Below are positions 35,220-42,195 of a DNA stretch of 42,687 nucleotides, piece after piece; the first letter of the stretch is position 1; every line of letters starts with the position of its first letter. The notes below the pieces were generated by a model. The model ran no database searches. It saw nothing but the letters and a program-made list of their open reading frames with translations, and had not been told where the DNA came from. Source of the stretch: an uncultured Muribaculaceae bacterium (GTDB taxonomy: Bacteria; Bacillota_I; Bacilli_A; RF39; UBA660); contig CAYTKH010000001.1 in NCBI GenBank assembly GCA_964438315.1, positions 1 to 42,687 of the forward strand, given 5' to 3'. The translations under genes and the position numbers were made by a program.

Positions 35220-35462
35220 CTATTCTTCTTTTATTGCGTTTTGCAATATATGTTTCAAAAAAAATTCAAATAAATTCCAATCAAGATATTCGCTTAATTT
35301 AAATGCTTGTTCCAAATTCATTTTGTTAGGATTATATTCTAATTCCCTATATGTAGGAATGGATATATGTAACAAATTGGCACAATCTTCTTGACTTTTC
35401 TTTTGTTTAAATCTTTGAATTTTTAATTCTTCACTTAATTTAAAAATTTCATCTGCATTCAT
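35220..35462 (-). CDS. Cro-like XRE-family HTH protein, first gene of the leftward (lytic) operon
   Basis: KSQEDCANLLHISIPTYRELEYNPNKMNLEQAFKLSEYL forms the HTH. It is transcribed from the consensus leftward promoter. Confidence 0.7.
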   Translation of the reverse strand: MNADEIFKLSEELKIQRFKQKKSQEDCANLLHISIPTYRELEYNPNKMNLEQAFKLSEYLDWNLFEFFLKHILQNAIKEE

Positions 35463-35485
35463 ACTTTACCTCCTATCTGTCACAA

Positions 35486-35514
35486 ATTATACATTGCATT
35501 TTGCAATATGTCAA
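35486..35514 (-). promoter_or_regulatory. Consensus leftward (lytic) promoter
   Basis: On the minus strand: TTGACA (35514-35509), a 17-nt spacer, TATAAT (35491-35486). The spacer contains the operator palindrome. Confidence 0.7.
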
Positions 35515-35555
35515 TGCTTTTTTGCAAATTGTAAAAAAAACATTGCATTTTATGT
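35494..35555. promoter_or_regulatory. Three operator-like sites of type TTGCA-N3-TGCAA
   Basis: TTGCAtttTGCAA at 35494-35506 (perfect), TTGCAaatTGTAA at 35522-35534, TTGCAtttTATGT at 35543-35555. A fourth copy, TTGCGtttTGCAA, is at 35234-35246. Confidence 0.6.
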
Positions 35556-35571
35556 TTTCAGATGTTATAAT
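35543..35571 (+). promoter_or_regulatory. Rightward (lysogeny operon) promoter
   Basis: TTGCAT, a 17-nt spacer, then TGtTATAAT. It overlaps the third operator. Confidence 0.6.
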
Positions 35572-35595
35572 CAAACAAGAAAGGAGTTATTTAAA

Positions 35596-35952
35596 ATGAA
35601 AAATTATTTTGCCAAAAATATTAAATATTTGCGAAAAAGAAAAAATATAGACCAAAACGTTATGGCAGAGGATTTAGGTGTTGCCCAATCAACTCTAAGT
35701 TGTTGGGAAAATGGATTAAGGACACCAGACTTAGATATGATTGCTAAAATTTCGAAATATTTAAATGTCTACGATGACTTTATTTCTAAAGATTTAACAA
35801 ATATTGATAATGATAATAAATATGATGAATTAGATATTCTCTTTTCTAAACATAAAAACATCTTATCAGAAAGTGACAAAAACATAATAAAAACTATTAT
35901 TGAAGAAAGAAAAAAAGCTATTGATAAGGAAATTGGTGAAGAAGAAGATTAA
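35596..35952 (+). CDS. XRE-family repressor (ImmR-like partner of the downstream ImmA-type protease)
   Basis: NVMAEDLGVAQSTLSCWENGLRTPDLDMIAKISKYL forms the HTH. ATG at 35596 follows SD AAGGAG. The track ORF start at 35494 lies in the operator region. Confidence 0.7.
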   Translation: MKNYFAKNIKYLRKRKNIDQNVMAEDLGVAQSTLSCWENGLRTPDLDMIAKISKYLNVYDDFISKDLTNIDNDNKYDELDILFSKHKNILSESDKNIIKTIIEERKKAIDKEIGEEED

Positions 35953-36007
35953 AAATAAGTATGCTAGTATAGATACTTAATATATGAAGTAAAGAGGTGT
36001 ATTAAGT

Positions 36008-36331
36008 GTGGAAATTTATAACTTATTAAAAAATGAAATAACACAGCAAGAATTGCTTAATTATTATAATGCCAATATCACAATAATTGAATTGCCAAAG
36101 GGAATAAATGCTTTTGTATTTAGTTATAGAAATATTCATAATATTATCATTAACAAAAATTTATCATATTATAAAAGAAAAAAAGCTATACTACATGAAT
36201 TAGCTCATATAGAGTTAAGTCACTTGCAACAGAAAGATAATGATTTATTTGCTTTTAAAATTGATAAGTACGAAGATGAAGCAGATAGATATATTAAAAT
36301 TATTTTAGAAAGTATTGAAGAGAAGTTGTAA
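36008..36331 (+). CDS. ImmA/IrrE-family zinc metallopeptidase (short form)
   Basis: HEXXH with a downstream H: ILHELAHIELSH. It lies immediately after an XRE gene, as in ImmR/ImmA pairs. Confidence 0.6.
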   Translation: MEIYNLLKNEITQQELLNYYNANITIIELPKGINAFVFSYRNIHNIIINKNLSYYKRKKAILHELAHIELSHLQQKDNDLFAFKIDKYEDEADRYIKIILESIEEKL

Positions 36332-36428
36332 TATCAATGAAGAAAAATAAAATATATATTTTTTATTCGCGTTGCTATTAATTTTACTTCCATTTGATAC
36401 AGTTCAAGCAGGTAGAGGTTGATGTACT

Positions 36429-37127
36429 ATGAATTATATAGGTAATTTCATAAAAAAATACCGTGGTGATATGTCTCTAAGAGAATTTGCAGAAAAATGT
36501 GATATAAGTCATACTCACTTAGATAGTATAGAAAAGGGAATTGATCCTAGAACTGGCAAACCAGTAAGAGTAACTGTGGACACTCTAAAAAAAATTGCCA
36601 AAACAATGGGAATGACAATTAATGACTTACTTATTCAATCTGGAGATGTAAAAATTGAGGATTTAAACTTTGACAATGCAGAATTTTTAAATCATGATAC
36701 TAATGATGACAATATAGCATATATACCAATTTTAGGAACTATAAAAGCTGGTGTGCCACTAGAAGCACAACAAGATATATTAGAATATGTTGATATACCT
36801 AAATCTTGGTTAAAAGGTGATAAAATGTATTATGGTCTAAAAATAAGTGGAGACAGTATGTATCCAAAATACCTTGAAAATGATATTGTTATATTTGAAA
36901 AAAATGAGGACATGTATTTAGCTGATAATAAAGACTGTGCTATATATGTTAACGGATTCGATGCTACATTTAAAAAAGTTAAATTAAACCAAAACGGTAT
37001 TACATTGATACCATACAATTTAGATAATACCGATGGCTTTGAGACTACATATTATGATAAAGAACAAATAGCAAATTTACCAATCAGAATAATAGGTATT
37101 GCTAGAGAAAAAAGAACTAGATTATAA
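36429..37127 (+). CDS. LexA/CI-type repressor: XRE HTH plus S24 autopeptidase
   Basis: N-terminal HTH (MSLREFAEKCDISHTHLDSIEKG). C-terminal S24 signature GLKISGDSMYP (Ser) ... DATFKKV (Lys). Confidence 0.8.
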   Translation: MNYIGNFIKKYRGDMSLREFAEKCDISHTHLDSIEKGIDPRTGKPVRVTVDTLKKIAKTMGMTINDLLIQSGDVKIEDLNFDNAEFLNHDTNDDNIAYIPILGTIKAGVPLEAQQDILEYVDIPKSWLKGDKMYYGLKISGDSMYPKYLENDIVIFEKNEDMYLADNKDCAIYVNGFDATFKKVKLNQNGITLIPYNLDNTDGFETTYYDKEQIANLPIRIIGIAREKRTRL

Positions 37128-37173
37128 TTTAAAATTTATATTAAATGAAATAGATTAGAAAGAAGTGAGATGT

Positions 37174-37590
37174 ATGCCGTTTATTATTAATTTATTAATT
37201 ACAATGTTAGCCTATATGGCTTACCCAATATTTAAATTTAAAATATTAAATAACAATAAAACTTTTACAAAAGAAGAAATTAGCAAAATTTGCATTATAA
37301 ATAGTATAGTAATGGCAATAGTTTTTATGATAATAGGGGTTAGTATAGGTAAAAACTATACCCCAAATTTTACACCAGCTTTCTTTTGGTATTGCATTAA
37401 TATTTCTATTTTTAAGAGTTCAAAGAATGATAAAAAGTCAATTAAAATAAAAGAAAACAATTCAAAAAGAGATGACGAAAATGTCGAAAATAGTAAATAC
37501 ATACTAATAATTGGAATAGCAATATTATCTTTTGTATTAATTATTGCGCTAATAACAATGTTAGCTACTATTTGTGAAATGGAATTTTAG
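37174..37590 (+). CDS. Multi-TM membrane protein (superinfection-exclusion-like position)
   Basis: Three to four hydrophobic helices separated by a K/D/E-rich loop (KSSKNDKKSIKIKENNSKRDDENVEN). Confidence 0.5.
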   Translation: MPFIINLLITMLAYMAYPIFKFKILNNNKTFTKEEISKICIINSIVMAIVFMIIGVSIGKNYTPNFTPAFFWYCINISIFKSSKNDKKSIKIKENNSKRDDENVENSKYILIIGIAILSFVLIIALITMLATICEMEF

Positions 37591-37648
37591 AATTAAAACA
37601 TGCTAGTACAGGTATTTTAATATATGTTAGGTAGGAGGTAGTAACAAA

Positions 37649-38170
37649 ATGCAATCAACGATTAAAGAAAAAACACAAATTGAAAAAATAGATTACAGTA
37701 ATACAAATTATAAATATGCTTATAATTCTAATTGTTTAAAATTTAACTGGTTAGGCAATTGGTTAGAAAAGCAGTCAACTGTATTCAAAAACGAAGCCAA
37801 TAAAAATAGCAATAGCAAGCCAAATTTCAAAAGAGGTGAGATTATAAAAGTTGACTTTGGAATTAATATGGGGTCAGAACTATCGAACACACATTTTGCC
37901 ATTGTATTAAATAGTGATGATAATAACAGTGTTGATAACATAACTGTATTACCGTTAACATCCAAAGGCGGATATAAAAGATTATATTTAGGTGATTTAC
38001 TCAAACAATTTAAATATGACAAAAAATATAATAAAAAAAGTTATGGTTTAATAACTCAAATAACCACAATTAGTAAAAATAAAATTTTTAAAGATGCTAT
38101 TAGGGCTTATTGTAATAAAGATACAATGAATATTATTAATAAAGAGATAATAGAATTCTTAACGAAATAA
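37649..38170 (+). CDS. PemK/MazF-fold protein with a ~60-aa N-terminal extension
   Basis: KRGEIIKVDFGINMGSELSNTHFAIVLNSDD...ITVLPLTSKGG...SYGLITQITTISKNKI follows the MazF/PemK pattern (RGD-I/V..DF..G.E...RP.VVL ... P.TS ... Q.RTI). SD GGAGGT upstream. Confidence 0.55.
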   Translation: MQSTIKEKTQIEKIDYSNTNYKYAYNSNCLKFNWLGNWLEKQSTVFKNEANKNSNSKPNFKRGEIIKVDFGINMGSELSNTHFAIVLNSDDNNSVDNITVLPLTSKGGYKRLYLGDLLKQFKYDKKYNKKSYGLITQITTISKNKIFKDAIRAYCNKDTMNIINKEIIEFLTK

Positions 38171-38365
38171 AAATGACTATTACAATAAGTAATAGCCATA
38201 CGACCAAACGGTCACAGTCACTCGACTTTCGCCGATACGTTCATAAAGAACACAGTTGATAAAAGCACCTGCTTTTATGACTAAATAATATCATAAAAAT
38301 TACTATTTAGTCAATATTATTATATACAAAATTCAATAAAATATGAAAATGAGAGAAAATGACAG

Positions 38366-38425
38366 CAAATAAAATAACACAAAAACAAATAAAACTATAT
38401 TAAAACAAATAAAAAAAGTCTTAAG
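38366..38425. repeat. Three phased 20-nt A-rich direct repeats, each starting CAAATAAAA
   Basis: CAAATAAAA occurs at 38366, 38386 and 38406, exactly 20 nt apart. Confidence 0.7.
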
Positions 38426-38446
38426 TCCACACGGAATACTTAAGAT
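38411..38446 (-). terminator. Rho-independent terminator, minus strand only
   Basis: 8-bp stem TCTTAAGT/ACTTAAGA with an 11-nt loop, followed on the minus strand by U7 (A7 at 38411-38417). Confidence 0.5.
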
Positions 38447-38570
38447 CATACAAATATATCATATTGAAAAAAGACCTCGCACAGCAAATACAAGGTCTAA
38501 TGAAAACTCAAACATAAGGCCACCAACCTATGAAACAAAAATAGACAAGCTATAATTGTATGGAGCTTTC
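38411..38570 (-). ncRNA. Candidate minus-strand sRNA upstream of the integrase gene
   Basis: Extended -10 TGcTATAAT on the minus strand (38578-38586). A first, weak terminator at 38466-38498 (AGACCT..AGGTCT plus U6) and a second at 38411-38446. The only internal ORF is 18 codons long. Confidence 0.3.
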
Positions 38571-38616
38571 GCATATAATTATAGCACAAAAACAAAAAAA
38601 AAGGAAGTGCTATAAA

Positions 38617-40014
38617 ATGAATAAAACAAAAGAAAATATAATAAAGGCTGTACTTTATATAAGAGTATCCACTGAAGAACAAGTAAGACATGGATATTCA
38701 TTAGATTCACAAAAAAATAGATTATTAGAATACTGTAAAGAAAAAGGATATCAAGTTATTGATATATATGTGGATGAGGGAAAGACTGCACGTTCTAAAA
38801 TAAAGAATCGTACAGAATTATTAAGACTTATAGAAGATGCTAAAGAGAAAAAATTTGATAGGATTGTTTTTTGGAAATTAGATAGATGGTTTAGAAATAT
38901 TGCTGATTATTATAAAGTTCAAGAAATATTGGAAAATAATAAGATTGATTGGGAATGTAGTGATGAAGAGTATAATACAACAACCTCAAATGGGAGACTA
39001 CATCTTAATATAAAATTATCTATCGCACAAAATGAATCGGATCAAACAGGAGATAGAATTAGATTTAATTTTGATAATATGGTTAAAAACGGTAAAGCTA
39101 TAACAGGGTCACATGCTGTTCCTTTAGGATTTATGGTTGCGGGTGAAGAAAGAAATAAAAAAGTAGTAAAAAATCCTGAAACAGAACAAATAGCAATTGA
39201 TATGTTGGATTATATAAGAAAATGCGGTAGCATTCGTGAAACACTATTTCATATAAATGAAAAATATAATTTAAACATATGTTATGATAGTATGCGACAT
39301 TATTTAAGAAATACCAAATATTATGGTTGTTATCGTGGAAATGAAAATTATTGTGATTCATACATAACAAAACAAGAATTTGATGAAATACAATCATTAA
39401 TTAAATGTAATGTAAAAATGAATAAGGTACATGACTACATTTTTAGTGGTTTAATTAAGTGTCCAATTTGTCACCGAAACATGGCTGGATTTCGCTCTAA
39501 AAATACACGTTCACATGGAAAAAAGGTAAATTTTATTTATCCTAGCTACCGTTGTAATTATGCATTTAATGCAAAAAAATGTACAAATAAAAAAAGTATC
39601 GTAGAAAATACATTAGAGAAATATTTAATAAATAATATTCAAGAAGAAATGAAAAAATACATTATTAATTTAGAAAAGATTGGAGATACAACTGATAAGG
39701 AAAATGTTGTTATTGATAAGGATAAAATAAAAGCAAAATTAAATCGACTTACTGATTTATATATCGATGGTAAAATACTACGTGAAAAATATGATTTAGA
39801 ATTTGAAAAATTAAACAGTCAACTAAATGATACTAGTGTAAAAGTTAAACAAGAAAAACGAGATTTAAATATATACAAAGAATTCATTGATTCTAATTTA
39901 TTGGACCTATATAATAAGTTAAATAATAAATCTAAAAGAATGTTTTGGGCAAAATACATTGACTTTATAGAAAAAATAGGGGATAATGAATACAAGATTT
40001 ACTTTAAAAATTAA
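38617..40014 (+). CDS. int: Large serine recombinase (phage integrase)
   Basis: N-terminal resolvase domain AVLYIRVSTEEQVRHGYSLDSQ (catalytic Ser). Recombinase domain, zinc-ribbon (CPICHRN...YRCNYAFNAKKC) and a coiled coil. ATG at 38617 follows SD AAGGAAG. Confidence 0.9.
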   Translation: MNKTKENIIKAVLYIRVSTEEQVRHGYSLDSQKNRLLEYCKEKGYQVIDIYVDEGKTARSKIKNRTELLRLIEDAKEKKFDRIVFWKLDRWFRNIADYYKVQEILENNKIDWECSDEEYNTTTSNGRLHLNIKLSIAQNESDQTGDRIRFNFDNMVKNGKAITGSHAVPLGFMVAGEERNKKVVKNPETEQIAIDMLDYIRKCGSIRETLFHINEKYNLNICYDSMRHYLRNTKYYGCYRGNENYCDSYITKQEFDEIQSLIKCNVKMNKVHDYIFSGLIKCPICHRNMAGFRSKNTRSHGKKVNFIYPSYRCNYAFNAKKCTNKKSIVENTLEKYLINNIQEEMKKYIINLEKIGDTTDKENVVIDKDKIKAKLNRLTDLYIDGKILREKYDLEFEKLNSQLNDTSVKVKQEKRDLNIYKEFIDSNLLDLYNKLNNKSKRMFWAKYIDFIEKIGDNEYKIYFKN

Positions 40015-40026
40015 GGGTTTTACTAA

Positions 40027-40362
40027 CACGATGAACCATTTTCAGCTTTGGATTACCAGACTAGATTAGCGGTAGCTGATGATGTTTACAATATAATAAA
40101 AAATGAAAAAAAAAGTGCTATTATGGTAACACATAATTTATCAGAGGCAATATCTATGTCAGATAGAGTTATTGTGTTATCTAAAAGACCTGGAAAAATT
40201 AAAAATATATATAAAATCGAAATACCTAATAGAACTACACCTACCGAAAGTCGAAAGACAAAAGAATTTACTGAATATCATGATTTAATATGGAAGGATA
40301 TAGATTTTAATGACAAGTTTAGAACATATAAAGTATCTAAAGAAGATAAAAAAGCAAAATAG
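40027..40362 (+). pseudogene. 3' fragment of a NitT/TauT-type ABC transporter ATP-binding gene, split by the prophage
   Basis: Begins in-frame at (H)DEPFSALD (Walker B and D-loop) and continues through the H-loop (IMVTHN). It lacks Walker A, the Q-loop and LSGGQ. A stop codon lies at 40024-40026. Confidence 0.8.
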
Positions 40363-41095
40363 ATTAGTTAAATTCTTTCAAATATTCATAGTTGTAGTTT
40401 TCATTTTAATTTGGCAATTTCTTGCTGATAGAGAAATAATTAATACCTTTATTTTTTCAAGTCCTAAAAATGTTATAAATACTATAATAGATTTATATAA
40501 AAGTAATGATATATTTAAACACATATATGTAACGATATATGAGACAATTATAAGTTTTAGTATTGCTACTATACTAGGTTTTCTGATTGCAACTGTATTA
40601 TGGTGGAATCGTTTTATAGAAAGAGTCGTTGACCCATATTTAACAATATTAAATAGTCTTCCTAAAGTAGCTCTAGGACCAATTATTATTATTTGGTTTG
40701 GTGCTAATATTAAGGCTATAATCATCATGTCACTACTAATATCACTAATCATTACTATTATCAATATTACAAATGGTTTTAAAGAAGTTGATAATAATAA
40801 AATTAAATTAATGTTATCTTTTAAAGCCAATAAATTTCAAATATTTTCAAAACTCATTATGCCAAGTAGTTTTAAGACGATAATATCAACACTTAAAATC
40901 AATACTGCTATGTCTTTAATTGGAGTTATTATGGGAGAATTTCTAGTATCTAAAGAAGGTATTGGATATCTAATTATGTATGGTTCGCAAGTATTTAATC
41001 TAAATTTAGTTATAACAGGAATTATTCTATTATGTGTCATTTCAGCTGTTATGTATTATATTGTTTTCTATATAGAAAAAAGGCTAGATAAGTAG
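40310..41095 (+). CDS. ABC transporter permease (BPD_transp_1, SsuC/TauC-like)
   Basis: Six hydrophobic helices, with the loop TILNSLPKVALGPIIIIWFG typical of NitT/TauT permeases. It overlaps the ATPase 3' end. Confidence 0.75.
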   Translation: MTSLEHIKYLKKIKKQNRLVKFFQIFIVVVFILIWQFLADREIINTFIFSSPKNVINTIIDLYKSNDIFKHIYVTIYETIISFSIATILGFLIATVLWWNRFIERVVDPYLTILNSLPKVALGPIIIIWFGANIKAIIIMSLLISLIITIINITNGFKEVDNNKIKLMLSFKANKFQIFSKLIMPSSFKTIISTLKINTAMSLIGVIMGEFLVSKEGIGYLIMYGSQVFNLNLVITGIILLCVISAVMYYIVFYIEKRLDK

Positions 41096-41103
41096 TCTTT
41101 TTT
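41076..41103 (+). terminator. Possible terminator after the permease gene
   Basis: AAAAAAGGCTA-gataag-TAGTCTTTTTTT: a short stem with one G.U pair, flanked by A and T runs. Confidence 0.35.
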
Positions 41104-41329
41104 ATTGTCATTACTAGTCAAATAAAGGGTAATAATAAAAATAAAGAAAATTCTGATACTATAAGAGTTTATAATTTATCTGATTACCACTTTAAAACCA
41201 ATACACAGCAAAATATAAAAAAATTTCTATATTATTTTTTATTCTTCTTAAAGTTTAATCTTTTCTTAACATTCTAAAAATTTTATCATTAAGGAAAATA
41301 CTTTTATCAACGATGATATATATGTAATT

Positions 41330-42151
41330 TCAACATAATTCAGAATAGATACTTTCTATTTCACTTAATTTTTCAAACTGTTCCTGGGATGCATTTCTAT
41401 TCATCATACTTTTCTTAATAATATCTATTCTTGAACCATAAGTAAGACAAGCATATTCATTACTTTTATTTCTGAATTCTTGTAATAAATTCAAATAATC
41501 ATCACAAACGGGAATAACTTTAAATTTATTACCAATTGGTACAACATAATTTACTTTTACACCAATTGATAAACATTTTGAGATGAAATTTGGTAATAAT
41601 GCATAACATTTATTGTGAGCTTCAATGTTTGATAATTTAGCATTAATACTTCCTGATATTTCTTTTTCGTATCGTTCTCTTGTTGCAAGTAAACTTGATA
41701 AATTACCGACTACAACAACATTTATAACAACATCACAATTATGGGGAATCGTTTTTATCAGTTCCAATAAACTATAGTCAATTGGTGCCTTTTCTCTTAA
41801 AACAGAATAACCATTTTGGATTGCATAAGCAAAAAGTTCATCACCCCATAAATGTGCATCAAAATTTGTAAGTTTCACATAGTCCGTTGGATATTTTTCT
41901 AATATTTCATTAGAATACTTACTAAATCTACGATAATCATCGGAGTTTATGACTATATACTTCGACAAACCTGACCCCTCTATAAATGTTGTTTTCCCAC
42001 AACCAGGTTGACCAACAACAAACATAATTGATGGATATTTTTCAGCAATCTTACCTACAAATAAATCTTTTTTTAGCAATTCTAAAACTTTATTATGTTC
42101 TTCTTGAGATAATTTATATTTTTCAATTAATTCATTTATCTGTTTTTCCAT
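41330..42151 (-). CDS. Zeta-toxin-family P-loop kinase
   Basis: MFVVGQPGCGKTTF (Walker A) followed by VINSDDYRRF, matching the zeta pattern GGQPG.GKT ... D.D.F(R/K). ATG at 42151 follows SD GGAGGG. Confidence 0.55.
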   Translation of the reverse strand: MEKQINELIEKYKLSQEEHNKVLELLKKDLFVGKIAEKYPSIMFVVGQPGCGKTTFIEGSGLSKYIVINSDDYRRFSKYSNEILEKYPTDYVKLTNFDAHLWGDELFAYAIQNGYSVLREKAPIDYSLLELIKTIPHNCDVVINVVVVGNLSSLLATRERYEKEISGSINAKLSNIEAHNKCYALLPNFISKCLSIGVKVNYVVPIGNKFKVIPVCDDYLNLLQEFRNKSNEYACLTYGSRIDIIKKSMMNRNASQEQFEKLSEIESIYSELC

Positions 42152-42195
42152 CCTTTTCCCTCCAAAATGATTACTATTTTTTAATTTGCATTTAA

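Larger units (their letters stand above)
1..40026. mobile_element. Integrated temperate prophage. The left end lies beyond the window start; the right end is at the serine-integrase / ABC-gene junction.
   Basis: Contiguous lysis, tail-fibre, capsid, portal, terminase, replication, repressor and integrase modules. The host ABC ATPase reading frame resumes at 40027, 13 nt after the integrase stop (40014). Confidence 0.85.

Noticed and set aside
38195-38260. GC-rich patch, considered as a tRNA or tRNA fragment (a common att-site remnant)
   Set aside because: I could not fold a cloverleaf, and there is no GTTCRANYC T-loop motif or acceptor-stem complementarity. The phage also uses a serine integrase that targets a protein-coding gene.
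38366-38425. Phased 20-nt repeats, considered as a mini CRISPR array or a ToxI-like type III antitoxin array
   Set aside because: There are only three units. Only the first 9 nt of each are conserved, they are A-rich and low in complexity, and no cas genes are present. The units are too short and degenerate to call a CRISPR or ToxI-type repeat, so I kept them only as part of the structured-region finding.
38497-38691. Minus-strand 64-aa ORF overlapping the integrase start
   Set aside because: It is antisense to the integrase SD and start, Phe/Leu/Tyr-rich and low in complexity, and has no SD.
40378-41040. Minus-strand ORFs 40378..40830 and 40837..41040
   Set aside because: They are antisense shadows of the ABC permease gene, which has clear transporter features on the plus strand.
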